64,000 nucleotides of DNA from Oopsacas minuta (GCA_024704765.1 JAKMXF010000122.1:705068-769067); one strand, 5' to 3'; numbered from the stretch's first letter, positions 51,901 through 60,262 are shown. The notes: generated from the sequence alone by a model not told the origin. Numbers and translations: made by a program.

Positions 51901-52160
51901 TCCAGTTTAGCCCCAAATGCTAGAACTGCCTACGGATATTGTATACGTTCGTAAGGACAAATAATTTTGAAGTAGGTATACCAGAATAACATATTACTTA
52001 CGCCAGCTGCAGGGCTTGTAGCAGTGAGTGCAGTATCAACACTAGCATCTTCGGATACAGTAAATATATATTCAGTTGCAGTGAATGTAGGCGGAACCTG
52101 AGACAGAGCCTGTCGTAACAAAGCACTGAGTATCAAAATAAAGATTAAACTAACTTTCAT
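617..52160 (-). CDS. Giant multi-exon cadherin (FAT/Dachsous-like ectodomain): signal peptide plus about 20 EC repeats, 24 exons in window, 3'-incomplete
   Basis: 24 exons join via GT..AG in one frame (6462 nt, 2154 codons). 19 DxNDNxP-type linkers plus LDRE/LDFE and AxDxG motifs. No TM domain inside the window. Confidence 0.93.
1777..1973 (-). CDS. Cadherin exon 23
   Basis: tacttag|..TEVIDIEVLDVD...LDFE...DGLRS|GTGAGT; 197 nt, phase 1-0. Confidence 0.9.
2173..2346 (-). CDS. Cadherin exon 22 (not in ORF track)
   Basis: ttcatag|..SLDFDSG...TDENDNPP...SSPA G|GTATCT; 174 nt, phase 1-1. Confidence 0.9.
2460..2949 (-). CDS. Cadherin exon 21
   Basis: cattag|VFSHLIY...LDREE...IDTNDNTP...EVSVS G|GTTAAT; 490 nt, phase 0-1. 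Confidence 0.92.
4515..4763 (-). CDS. Cadherin exon 20
   Basis: attttag|AIDLDSGTN...LDAD...LGENEDIP|GTATAT; 249 nt, phase 0-0. Confidence 0.88.
5061..5866. mobile_element. Family A copy, left end interrupted by a Tc1-type end remnant
   Basis: Colinear with 27985-28778; right end TATATAGTAAGCCATG; GTGGTCGAATACTTT...ACTG|TA remnant at approx 5030-5058. Confidence 0.75.
5874..6330 (+). mobile_element. Family B left arm, right end missing (approx)
   Basis: Colinear with 41629-42100. Confidence 0.7.
6545..6876 (-). CDS. Cadherin exon 19
   Basis: tttcag|..FVFFTVLANDND...IDFE...GDVNDNPP...AVQ|GTTTGT; 332 nt, phase 1-0. Confidence 0.9.
8618..8738. repeat. Approx 21-22-bp minisatellite (tgaaaaatctaccaaaa..) x approx 5.5
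   Basis: Read directly. Confidence 0.85.
8837..8916. mobile_element. 80-bp Charlie/MER5-like hAT mini-MITE
   Basis: CAGTGGTTCTCAAAC...GTTGAGAACCAATG flanked by a perfect 8-bp TSD caataggc. Confidence 0.88.
9907..10360. mobile_element. hAT MITE (CAGTGGC..ATCCAGG ends)
   Basis: CAGTGGCACATCCAGG...CCTGGATCCGCCACTG; 8-bp flanks tatggtag / tatggtaa. Confidence 0.8.
10531..10740 (-). CDS. Cadherin exon 18
   Basis: tttttag|..TITLF...LDRE...TDVNDQIP...SVD G|GTATGA; 210 nt, phase 1-1. Confidence 0.9.
10806..11354. mobile_element. Family B short copy
   Basis: CATAGCATTCTATACACTAAGGCAATG...CATTGCCTTAGTGTGTAGAATGCTATG; shares the gtgaccatggatggcatatttt block with other copies. Confidence 0.7.
11432..11860 (-). 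mobile_element. 5'-truncated L2/CR1-type LINE 3' end (approx)
   Basis: Decayed HITPLL..LPIFKRIQFKVLTL..YGNKAF-SIVAPQLWKKLP..IKTLKKQLKILLF, then GGCGCTAAATAAG and a (TAT)n-like tail. Confidence 0.75.
13735..13960 (+). mobile_element. Helitron family 5' fragment with (GTCT)n microsatellite (approx)
   Basis: (GTCT)n then gttgtcaaggaaaagatt...gtcgcataactatg; further fragments at approx 30115-30310 and 47068-47210. Confidence 0.7.
13971..15240 (+). pseudogene. Decayed THAP-domain / P-element-type transposase remnant behind a CATGG left terminus (approx, internally deleted)
   Basis: Fragments: NPTKHSVICEL and WHLNPVP (THAP-like), SNAPPGFQFKR, ISLPLSQWFVQ, NDSYLALLSRGGIFVPSQILSDFVC. Many stops and frameshifts; recognised by eye only. 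Confidence 0.55.
16038..16242 (-). CDS. Cadherin exon 17
   Basis: cttcag|AVVTLLDINDNDP...SNT G|GTTTGT; 205 nt, phase 0-1. Confidence 0.88.
17567..18680 (+). mobile_element. Non-autonomous Helitron (host copy) containing an antisense copy of itself
   Basis: A|TCTATATTATTAAATCTC 5' end, (GTTT)n tract, 3' TCGC-GAA-GCGA hairpin then CTCG/CTAT; no TIR or TSD. Confidence 0.75.
17668..18086 (-). mobile_element. Non-autonomous Helitron, complete 419-bp copy inserted at A|T
   Basis: Minus-strand TCTAAATTATTAAATCTC...TCGCGAAGCGACGAGCCAAAGGCTCG. Removing it restores ctatgtA|Tttttcgtg exactly, with no duplication. Confidence 0.8.
18718..18971 (-). CDS. Cadherin exon 16
   Basis: ttcctag|..RSPIASS...SATDLD...LDRE...MICAFDKGATPMSVCET|GTTAGA; 254 nt, phase 1-0. 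Confidence 0.9.
19801..20047 (-). CDS. Cadherin exon 15 (not in ORF track)
   Basis: cttttag|IFATDADNAD...FDFETTQVY...ILDINDNPPIF G|GTAAGT; 247 nt, phase 0-1. Confidence 0.92.
20492..20706 (-). CDS. Cadherin exon 14
   Basis: ttgctag|..VISLQAKVNFD...ADSNENPP...VLQ|GTAAAT; 215 nt, phase 1-0. Confidence 0.9.
21217..21495. mobile_element. pogo-like MITE
   Basis: TA|CACTTGAACCTCTATTATCCGGA...TCCGGATAAGAGGTTAGAGTG|TA. Confidence 0.72.
21987..22289. mobile_element. hAT MITE nested in a family C element
   Basis: CAAGGGCGGAACCAGG...CCTGGATCCGCCACTG; ggtcccc on both sides. Confidence 0.75.
22727..22982 (-). CDS. Cadherin exon 13
   Basis: taattaag|LTDKVTP...TGVNEHAP...ATDMD...IDSST G|GTTGTT; 256 nt, phase 0-1. 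Confidence 0.85.
24082..24563. mobile_element. hAT MITE
   Basis: CAGTGGCGTATCCAG...CTGGATACGGCACTG; no clean TSD. Confidence 0.7.
24828..25069 (-). CDS. Cadherin exon 12
   Basis: ttctcag|..SSCNTTLPEN...SDAD...LDFE...LTIT|GTGAGT; 242 nt, phase 1-0. Confidence 0.88.
25646..27335. mobile_element. Family A-type long-TIR element hosting the Tc1 foldback MITE
   Basis: CATGGCTTAC left end and ...GCATG right end; shared TIR blocks (ttaaccacaatgac). Flanks cttctac / gttcaat correspond to a single gttcgaa in an unoccupied copy near 48714. Confidence 0.7.
25900..26814. mobile_element. Tc1/mariner-type foldback MITE (915 bp) with approx 350-bp near-identical TIRs
   Basis: TA|CAGTCAGGGGACAAAAG...CTTTTGTCCCCTGACTG|TA; arms differ at only a few positions; no ORF. 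Confidence 0.9.
27969..28778. mobile_element. Long-TIR non-autonomous element, family A (CATGG...CCATG, 7-bp TSD)
   Basis: CATGGCCTACTATATACACAACTAGCTAAGCAAAGAATT and its reverse complement at the right end; flanks ttggcga / tcggcga. Confidence 0.8.
28832..29110 (-). CDS. Cadherin exon 11
   Basis: tttacag|..TEILIVSAEE...LDYE...NNVNDNAPILA A|GTAAGT; 279 nt, phase 1-1; preceded by a 100-nt intron. Confidence 0.9.
29211..29387 (-). CDS. Cadherin exon 10
   Basis: ttcatag|..NPIDREE...NDENDIGP...SHAT G|GTTTGA; 177 nt, phase 1-1. Confidence 0.88.
30536..31932. mobile_element. hAT-type non-autonomous element hosting a Harbinger-like insert
   Basis: CAGGGCCGTAGC...GCTACGGCCCTG TIR; 8-bp flanks gcacatcc / acacctcc. 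Confidence 0.75.
30702..31611. mobile_element. PIF/Harbinger-like non-autonomous element with a Myb/SANT exon remnant
   Basis: GGG(A/C)CTTATTAACTAAA TIRs; arrays of TTCTAAGAAT; minus-strand MTTEKSKIRSKNFTQYEIMSLVDLI...IQ|GTATAA; TSD not clear. Confidence 0.6.
32190..32648 (-). CDS. Cadherin exon 9
   Basis: attttag|..TVNATDLD...ACDQGIPPLCS...NDLNDLSP...LAT A|GTAAGT; 459 nt, phase 1-1. Confidence 0.92.
34048..37388 (+). mobile_element. Full-length but inactivated hAT DNA transposon (PRKRIR/ZMYM1-like transposase) in cadherin intron 8
   Basis: TIR CATAGGCGGA...TCCGCCTATG; flanks taagccg / taagccc; internal fragmented transposase. Confidence 0.88.
34261..36890 (+). pseudogene. hAT transposase pseudogene (DUF4371-type core plus hAT C-terminal dimerisation domain)
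   Basis: Pieces read FFSIMGDEVTD, RGQCYGGAS, VHCHSHVLNL, LCKTRWVERH and CEAERSFSCLRKVKTYLRST. Several frameshifts and an in-frame TGA at 35784. Confidence 0.88.
37610..37868 (-). CDS. Cadherin exon 8 (not in ORF track)
   Basis: tttattag|QGANVAFIL...VTDGTNTDS...VLDVNNNAPIF...GTFV G|GTGAGT; 259 nt, phase 0-1. Confidence 0.9.
38040..39340. mobile_element. Family C long-TIR foldback element (approx); related pieces at approx 7800-8170, 11360-12240 and 21530-22400
   Basis: Inverted blocks cttataacc...gaccacaaatg / catttgtggtc...ggtcataag; shared gtggtcacttgac and gagaatggaatg motifs; superfamily not assigned. Confidence 0.6.
39545..39877 (-). CDS. Cadherin exon 7
   Basis: ttcag|VKYSL...LDFN...NDINNNSP...SLSIM|GTAGTT; 333 nt, phase 0-0. 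Confidence 0.88.
40760..41520 (+). pseudogene. Decayed KRBA2/SCAND3-like (Ginger/retroviral-type rve) integrase remnant (approx)
   Basis: H...CxxC zinc region (AHIQTG...LCVECQKKRK), then DLIDMQSM, NGSEFTAHV, SQGSV, DWPNGLRFV, YHSGIKQSP; multiple stops. Confidence 0.75.
41629..42982. mobile_element. Long-TIR foldback family B (CATAGCATTCTA-type ends, 7-bp TSD) with a nested pogo-like MITE
   Basis: CATAACATTCTA...TAGAATGCTCTG; approx 350-bp inverted arms; flanks gtcaata / gtaaata. Confidence 0.72.
42521..42915. mobile_element. pogo/Tigger-like MITE inside the right arm of the family B element
   Basis: TA|CAGTGGAAGCTGCTTA...TAAGCGGCTTCCACTG|TA. Confidence 0.82.
43894..44235 (-). CDS. Cadherin exon 6
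   Basis: catag|AHSIIFALDG...FDRE...TDVNDNSP...GINKQ|GTAATA; 342 nt, phase 0-0. Confidence 0.9.
44645..44886 (-). CDS. Cadherin exon 5
   Basis: tatctag|..VISV...LDHEE...TNENEFPP...ATDDDT|GTGAGC; 242 nt, phase 1-0. Confidence 0.9.
45713..45889. mobile_element. pogo-like MITE (family shared with 58969 and 61924)
   Basis: TA|CAGTGGAAC...GTTCCAATG|TA; internal gttaatacgaac and actccgg blocks. Confidence 0.7.
46083..46247. mobile_element. pogo-like MITE
   Basis: TA|CAGTAGACCTCGG...CCGAGTTCTACTG|TA. Confidence 0.72.
46521..46749 (-). CDS. Cadherin exon 4
   Basis: ttttctag|TQVTVLIIDINDEDP...IDPTT G|GTATGT; 229 nt, phase 0-1. Confidence 0.9.
47744..47992 (-). CDS. Cadherin exon 3
   Basis: tttatag|VNPSGQPIMVTDAD...LDFETTPSY...FTE|GTGAGT; 249 nt, phase 0-0. 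Confidence 0.9.
48445..49117. mobile_element. Related long-TIR family A2 (CATAGCCTAC...GTAGGCCATG)
   Basis: Inverted blocks aaggaatcaattaaggctac / gtagtcttaattgattccttgg; a homologous copy surrounds 25250-27760. Confidence 0.65.
50218..50517 (-). CDS. Cadherin exon 2 (not in ORF track)
   Basis: ttgtag|IGATDVNGD...VLDRETTPSYSF...LLDVNDNAP...GYQ|GTATGA; 300 nt, phase 0-0. Confidence 0.92.
50900..50997. repeat. 14-bp minisatellite (ATTTTGTTTATAGG) x7 in cadherin intron 1
   Basis: Read directly; one variant unit. Confidence 0.95.
52002..52160 (-). CDS. Cadherin exon 1 (signal peptide, start of EC1)
   Basis: ATG at 52160, MKVSLIFILILSALLRQALS-QVPPTFTATEY...; donor GGC|GTAAGT, phase 0. Confidence 0.85.
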
Positions 52161-54083
52161 CTTCTCAAACCAAACATAGAATTAGAATCCAAAAGCAATT
52201 ACAATCAATAAAGAAAGTAAGAAATGTATTTATTTGTAATTATAAGTTTTAGATAAGAACATACTACTATTCTAATAGCAATAGAATGCATCTCTTTCAT
52301 TACCACCCAAGTAGCATAGTTTGATATCATTTTAGAGCCTATCACTACAAATATTCAAAATTATTACGTACATAAATTTTATGACGACAATGATTCTAGT
52401 TTGCAGACATAGAAGTGAATAATCTAAAATTATACATTTGTGTTAGTCAGTGTGTGCAGGACACCTGGCTAATCACATTTTAGTATCTCGACCTCCTTAA
52501 AGGATTGTATACTATACCACCTCAGGGCTGTAGGAGCCGGTGTGGCAGGTGCGACGCTCGCCGCACCAATAATTCAGAATTTCTATTATTATTAATGGTC
52601 AGATGTGATGAATTCCGCACAATGTACCTCGCGGTACCAATTATTTTTTGCTTCCTAAGTCCCTGCACCTCTATCAGTTCGAAATTATACAATTCGTTAA
52701 TAATTTATAATCTACGTGTATAATTATACACATTTAGACAGGTGAAAGTTTAATTCCTGCTTTAAAATTTTAATTAGTGCGGAGTAGCCGAACCACATTA
52801 CTGTAAATTTCTCGCCGTACCAATTTTCGAAGGGATGTACCGGGCCTGCAAAGATTAATTAATTAATCCAAAGATTCTATTTTCGTATTCCTATAATATA
52901 CGATTAAGCGGTTAACATCTAATATAATCCAAAATTACAACCAATGCTTAACTGATTGATTATTATGTTAATGTGTTATATTATATTTTCATTAAATAAT
53001 CATTGTGTATGCAACTATGATTTCCTTACAACAATATTTTTTGTCTCTTGAACATTGAGGAGTATATATAATAGAACCAGGCCCAGATTAACCTATACGC
53101 CAACTAAGACATGTCTTAGGGCAGGGTTTCTTAACCGGGGGTCAATGGACCCCCAAGGGGTCCGTAGGTGTCCCTCAGGGGGTCCATACCGTCGAGTAGA
53201 AAAGGAGTTTCATGTACTTTGCAAACTTTGCATTCTTTTTATATAAGAAATATTTTTTCTCGCAATTATCATAACATACTAATTCTGAATCATACAAATT
53301 TTACTAATATACTAAATATCTAGTAATTCATAAGACCATAGTTTTTCTTCAGATTTATCATGCGAGCGAATAAGAAAATTGTGCCAACTTAACGCATTAT
53401 TTAGTTTGTAGTATTTATACACTATCCAGAATATTCGTGGTATCCAATTGTTGCGTTATTGAACTCAAATTACAAACAGTAAATTTTTGGGCTCGCTTCG
53501 CTCACATTTTACCCTCAATATCATGTTATATCACCAAAATCTCAGTTATATACTTCGTATATACCCTCGCAAATACCTTGAATTGATCTAAGTACTAAGG
53601 GTTATGGAGCAGTAACCGTATGTACAAGTATGAAAGTCATGTGACAATACAAAGGGAACTAATTTCAGTTGTTCCTGGAAAATTATTGAGAAATTTGCCG
53701 TCAATTTCGCATATATTGTATTACACCAGCTGTGGGATCCTCCAGACATGATTTATTAGTATTAGTCTGTTGACTCTGTTCTCCTCAAAAGCGGGGCTAT
53801 TTATGTGGTTCAATTTAATCCGACATAACACTAAATGTGTGATCGAAAAATCAGGACAACTGACTAGCCCCTTTGGTTCCACCGCCCTTGCCCACTTATA
53901 GAGGTAAATTTCAAAGGTGTTAGGCATAATTTCTTTAACTATGCCCCATTCTCCACATATAGAGGTTCGTTTCGAATCGAAATGAATGAAAGTGGATCAA
54001 AATTGTCCCGCTTATAGAGCTCCCCATTTATAGAGACCCCACATAAAGTGGTTGCCCTTTACGTATATAAAATTGTTCCCTAC

Positions 54084-54792
54084 TAGGGGTGTAGTGCTCA
54101 AATTTCTACTGGGGGAGCGCTTATTAAAGAATATATTAAGCAAAAATTGGTAAACAAAGTTATTTTTCTATCAACGAAACATGTTGTAATCCACATTACG
54201 AGTAATATAAACCAAAAATACTTCCAAATAATGTTGTCCTTCTTCGGTGCAAATGTAACAGTCAACTCCGCAATCCATTCTTGCCAAACGATTCTATATT
54301 AATAATCTTCTAAAAGCGTCAGTATTGAATTCTAGGTTCATTTTACTACTCTTTGCAACATCCCTGAGTAAGTTGGAAATAATGAAATAATCTTTTATGA
54401 AATTTCACATGACTGTATGTGTAGCCATAAATTATTGAGAGACAGTATGGCAAAGCCCAATTGCACCGCTGTTTTAATCGTCTAGAATATTCAAAATTGC
54501 CACACAGTTGATAGGATCACTTGGCCAAAACAGTGCAGTGCGACGTTAAATAATTCCGAAGACCGGGCCAACACGTGTAATCCGCTTAATTGGTTGGAAA
54601 TGGCCTGGAGCCGATGTTACCCTATTAAGAGGAGTTGACTAAAGTACGAAAGAAGGGCAACTCCAGAAAACTTAATCTACCTTTATTATAATAAAATAAC
54701 AATGATCAAGTTAAAGTGAGGGAGTGCCTCCCCCCCTTGAATTTGTAGTGGGGAGCGGCGCTTCCCCTCGCTCCCCCTACACTACACCCCTG
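54084..54792. mobile_element. hAT non-autonomous element upstream of the cadherin start
   Basis: TAGGGGTGTAGTG...CACTACACCCCTG; 8-bp flanks ttccctac / tttcctac. Confidence 0.75.
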
Positions 54793-56391
54793 TTTCCTAC
54801 ATATATTACCACACTCTTTTACATGTATAGTAACATGGGCGTACGTACCGGAAGGGTTGGCGGGGCTATGGGTCTACCAATAATTCCATACACCCCAAGT
54901 GACCAACCGAACACTGGTTTGACCAGCATTTGTAGCGACAGCTTGTATCACGAAATTTCAAAAATTCGAATCATTCGAAAATTATTTTAATTTACCATTC
55001 AATGTCATGTTTGCGTCGAATTTTTATAGAAACTATTATCCTTACTTATTTTGTAATAAACCGTGAAACGGTATGCAGCATATGGAAAGTGATAGGTCAT
55101 GGCTAGGTTGTTGTCTTTGTAATTCTACTCTCAAAATAGAGACTAATAGAAAGTGTGTGTATGGCCTGTCATGCCAAATTTGGGTCCACCGGACTAATTT
55201 TGCCCCAATATTGGTACAACTTTAATAAATATAGACCTTTTGAAAATTAATGTGTATTATTATTGTTAAATCGCACTAAGTTGCTGTAACAGACCTCCGA
55301 TATTGTTATATCTAAAGCAGACCAGCCACTAGTGCGAGAATATATAGTGCAGAGTCCTAAAATTTATATCCTGTTAAATCCACGACTTAAAATAATATTT
55401 ATTACGCTATGGATACAGTACCGGTACCGAGATCGTGTAAATATACTTTGGAGTATCGGTACCAGTACTCAAAGGGAATAATTTACAGTACTGGTACCGG
55501 ATAGGAGAATTTCCTTAGAGTACCGGTAAGTCTATTTGTTTTGATAATGTAAATTCACCTGGCGGAACTGTTACCGGTTCCACATGGCAAATTTACACGA
55601 TCCTAGTATCCGTGCTGTAGCCAATGTCAGTTATTTAAGTTGTTTCAATATTTATTTATGTCATATCTTTTGTTATGGAACTACTATTCAATGAATTACA
55701 GATGTTATAACACCAGAAATTCATTAAATAGTGTTTCCCAAACTAAACCTTTTCAACAGGACTACTTTTGGCCCACCAAAACTAGTCCGGCCGAGTCACT
55801 TTTGACATGACAGGCCCACCAATCCTGTCAGCATTGCTCTAAGGACCCTACCAATCCACATCCCGAATATATGCCGCATTGCTGCTGTATAGGTGTAACA
55901 CACTGTAGGGGTTCGTTTGGGGGGCCCTCCACAGTCACCAACGGGACTGGTATGGTAGTAATTTGAAGTATTGGTCGTTATATGGAAATTTTATATATTG
56001 GAAACAGTTAAGGTAGACTTTATGGGTGGAACTACTATATAAATTGGCCGTTGAGTAGCATTATATCTTATTATTAGTATTTTTCACAGTTCAGATACAG
56101 TAACAACTTATTAAATCAAGTCTTTGTAGTTTTGTACTTTATCTAAATAAATTAGTAGACTACTAGTGCGCTTCGTTTGCTCGAGCTACGCGAGTGGGTG
56201 ACACTTTGTGTTCGCCCTTGGGCCTTCGACCCTTGGGTGGGGAATAGAACCCTTGATTTTCATAATATGTACAACAACAAATATTCGTCACATGCTATTT
56301 ACAATATCATATCCGAAATTAGCGTCCCGATTATCCTATTATTGCAGTTAGGTCAATGTTTTTGAGAATATTTTGATAGATGTTACTTTAA

Positions 56392-57431
56392 GTGCGTAAA
56401 GAACAACAAAAATTTACTCTGAGAGAAGGACTAGAGAGAGACCTGACAAAGAACAAATTGAAGAAAGTACTCGAGAAGAATCTACGAACGCTAGAAGATG
56501 AGATCAGAGAGGAGGAAACAAGGGGTGTGAATGTGGGGTGGATAGAGTTGGACTGGAAGATGGAACAGCTGAAACAATCAGTGATTGATGTGTGTAAGGT
56601 TATGGCACTGAAGGAGAGACCTATAATACCAGTTGATTATTCTGTGAAATTGTGTCCTGTCTGGTCTAGAGGAGGAACAGGTTCTGGTAAGATTGCTAGT
56701 CCAAGGCAAATGGCAATTGACAAAAAACACAGAATATATTTGTTGCTGATAATGACGCTAACATAATACAAGTATTCAATGGAGAAGGTAACCATCTCTA
56801 CACAATACCAACACCTCAATGGCCTGCTGGAATAGCTCTAATGGATGAATTCATTTTTGTATCTGCTAAAGACGACCTAGTAAAGATAGAAAAGTCAAGC
56901 AATAATTCTATCAAATCGGTTAAAACAAAGAGAAGAGTCTGGGGAATTGACATTGATAGAAACATGAATGTTTATGGATGTGAGCTTGAGAACAAATCAG
57001 TAATTGTGTTTGATAAAAATCTCAAATTCCTGAAAAGAATCAAACTTAAATCTACTCAAGTTAAATCCGATACAGTAACAGAGAGCATAATTCTGTACGA
57101 GGATAACATGTATATCATGTTTGGTTGCTCTCCTCCTTTCCTTCTACAAATATTCTCTCTAGAAGGAATGCTAGTGAGGTGTTTGATAGAAGAAAGTGAA
57201 ATTAGCTGGAGTGATTTCTTCTTAATTGATCAACTGGGGAATATTATCGTAGCAGATTGGTTAGGAAAACAAATCAAGATATTCTCCAATAAAGGAAAAA
57301 TACTACACACAATTAGTAGTGATATGCTACGAGGAGACCAGGAGTTATGCTATCCCTATGGATTAGCTATTGACAAGAATAGAATTATTGTAGCTCAGGA
57401 GAACAAGGAATGTAATCTCCTAGCTTTCTAG
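56392..57431 (+). pseudogene. Coiled-coil plus NHL-like six-bladed beta-propeller protein, split by a 1-nt frameshift (pseudogene or assembly error); true 5' end uncertain
   Basis: ORF 56392-56766 joins ORF 56841-57431 by a -1 shift at A6 (56722-56727), restoring IDKKTQNIFVADNDANIIQVFNGEG. Later blades read GNIIVADWLGKQIKIFSNKG and YPYGLAIDKNRIIVA. Confidence 0.75.
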
Positions 57432-58968
57432 TTTATTCCCAATATTTATAATATTTGTTATTTTTACTATTTTCCTATCTTCAATTTATTTCTATTTACC
57501 TTATAACTAAGCATAAATCTACCTTTAATCATTAGCCTACTAAATATAAAGCCTAACAATAAAAGTACCAGGGATGCAGTATTAGCTGAAAGCGTGTGAC
57601 ATGCATATGTCAGAATTTACTGTTCTGATCTTGTCAGAATATTTAGTTTTGCACTTGTCAGAATGGTTTATAGCGAGTTTATTGTGATCCGATTTGGGAG
57701 AATTAATTTTTACATTAGTTTCGACGCTATTTAGTTGTTTATTGTTTTGGATTGACGGATTTAAATATCACCTTCTGGTAATTTTTTAAATATAGCTGTA
57801 TTAAAAAACACCTGGCCAGTTATCCAAATAGTGTACTGAAATGCCTTAACCAACGAGCCAACTTTTGAATGACAATTTTTTGACATTTTGTATAAAAGGG
57901 TCTATAGATCATTTCATTTATTCACTTTTAGTTGATAAATGCAATATTTAACGTTCTACAATGCATCAAAGAATGATATATTTTACTAAATAAATGCTTA
58001 CTAGAGAAATATTTTGACAAATTCTTGAAAATTTTCAGCATTTATTGGTGTAAAATTTGATGTGCTACAAAATGTAATACATTTATTCTGCCAAAATCCA
58101 TTTTTCTGCAATAAAGAACTTATGTCAATAAATGCTTTCAAGTTAATACTGCATCCCTGGTGCCAAAATTTCGAGTTACTGTTAGGCCTTATGTTTAGTA
58201 GGCTATGCTTTAATTTAATTAATTCATTAACACATTTACTAATTATCACAAACTCTCCCTTAGAGACTGAGAACTGGGAAATCTTTTTCTTTTGTTTCTT
58301 TACTCGTATATCATTACATGAATTTTCGAATTTTAGTATCATTTGTACAGTGGATACCGGTTATCAGAACCCGTAACCCTTGGGAGTAACAAAATGTGTT
58401 TTTATAACTGGTATCTACTGTATCTACCCTTTGGCCGAGAGACGTTAGGAGTTATCTCCTTCTGTCCAGCGATACCAGGGTTACATAACATCTGAGGTTG
58501 ATAGAGCTGTGAATAGTAACACATCTCTGTTAACTGTTGATTATATTGAATTTGATAAGTAGTGACGAAATCGCCGCAACAGTGATCATCTGACCTATTT
58601 GATCCAGCGTATTGTAGTGTTGCGCTTGAATCTGTCGTCTGTTTTGTCAAAAACTGTCCCTGAATGGGATATTATTGTCACTGTATCTATAAGAATTAAT
58701 TTACCACACTCGACTAGATATGATGCGTTACGTAAGAGGTAGGATATGCACAGGGCTATCACATTTCTCATACCCTTTCCTTGTAGTATTACGTCACGTT
58801 TGAAAGCCCCCAAAATGGAATATATTAGTAACTATTATTCTTAACTGCGTAATAGACATTTGGCATGGAAAGTTTTCGATTGACTCTTTAGTGCATAATC
58901 TCATAGTGTATATATAAATATGTTGTATAACTTCTATTACCTGTATACATTTGCACGTGCACAAGGTA

Positions 58969-59132
58969 CAGTAGAACTCGTTAGTATGAACACGGTTAAT
59001 ACGAACAATATTTACACATAATCAAGTCCCTACAATCGTTTTTCAATTGGTCTTGCTCGGTTAATATGTACTCCGGATAAGAAGTACAAATATCGAAGGT
59101 CCGCCCGTGTACGTATTAATGAGATTCTACTG
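58969..59132. mobile_element. pogo-like MITE
   Basis: TA|CAGTAGAACTC...GAGATTCTACTG|TA. Confidence 0.75.
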
Positions 59133-59625
59133 TAATTTTCGAATAATTCAGCCATGTATAAATTTGGCCCAATAATTCAGTGTATTGGCATGTATTTGTA
59201 TATCATGTAAATCACTCTTGCTGGGGGGATATATTCCCCTATCCCCCCCTGGATCCGCCACTCTAAATAAATAATATAATATGGATATTACAGTTGAAGT
59301 AGACTAGTGAGGCTCTCAAGAAAAAACTGAGAAACAAATGAGATACGTACATTCATCTGCAAAGTTTAAATAAGTATATCCGCATGCGGAACTTGCCCAA
59401 ATTTACCCTTTCCCCAACATCAAAAATTTGGTAAATCAAGAACCTGATCTCGTGTTTTCGTGTTTTCAGGATCTAAGGATTATACTCTTAGGGCATTAAA
59501 TGCCTCAGATTTTTGCACCATCCCTTAGAGTTTTTACTAACGCGGTTATACAGTGTATATGTATTATTATTAAGCAACTAAAACTTAGTAATTCTTACAG
59601 CTCTTTTAATTGGATTTACAACAGC

Positions 59626-60004
59626 ATGGAGAATGATGAAATTGTTAGCAAACTAGGTTCTCTATTAGAGAATCTGGATATCAAATCTTCTGTGGATGTC
59701 AAATCTTCTGTGGATATCAAATCTTCTGTGGATGAAGCTACTGACTCAGAAACTGCTAATTCATTAGAATGTCCTATCTGTCTACAGTACCCTAACTATC
59801 CTATAGAGCTAGATAATTGCAAACACGTATTCTGCTTTCTGTGCATCAAAGGAGTTTGTCTAAGGATTTCTCGCTGTCCCATATGCAGAGCTGAAATACC
59901 CAGAGATATTGCTTTTGCTGGAATAACTGAAAATCAGCTGCTCAATGGTACTGGAACAAAGGAAGTTTCAAAACAAAGCACTGATGCATACTGGTACTAC
60001 GAAG
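59626..60004 (+). CDS. RNF146: E3 ubiquitin ligase RNF146 (Iduna) homolog, coding exon 1: C3HC4 RING and start of WWE
   Basis: ATG 59626; CPICLQYPNYPIELDNCKHVFCFLCIKGV...CPICR; YWYYE G|GTTAGT; upstream in-frame extension is probably 5' UTR behind an acceptor at approx 59600. Confidence 0.9.
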
Positions 60005-60262
60005 GTTAGTGTTTGATTTATTCGGTTAGATCAGGACTTATAATCAAGCCCAAAGGCTGACATTGCCTGACAAATGACCATTTTCCATTTTCCTCCGTTC
60101 CGTAAATAGAGAATGCTTAGAAATCGAATTTGAAGATATTCCTTATGATTTACACATTTCAAACATTCTTAGATAATTATCATATCTGGCTTGGTTGTCA
60201 GAGATTGATGGTTTGCAACCTTTCTTGCTTTATAACATGTTAGTAATATGAATTTATTCTAG

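Noticed and set aside
56722-56727. Programmed -1 ribosomal frameshift in the NHL gene
   Set aside because: Register C AAA AAA C is not a canonical slippery heptamer, and no downstream structure is obvious.
58001-58813. ORF cluster 58001-58813 on both strands
   Set aside because: No recognisable domains, several non-ATG starts, and composition typical of intergenic or decayed repeat DNA.
59500-59625. N-terminal extension of the 169-aa RNF146 ORF
   Set aside because: Low-complexity intron-like sequence with an acceptor (ttcttacag) near 59600; ATG 59626 preferred.
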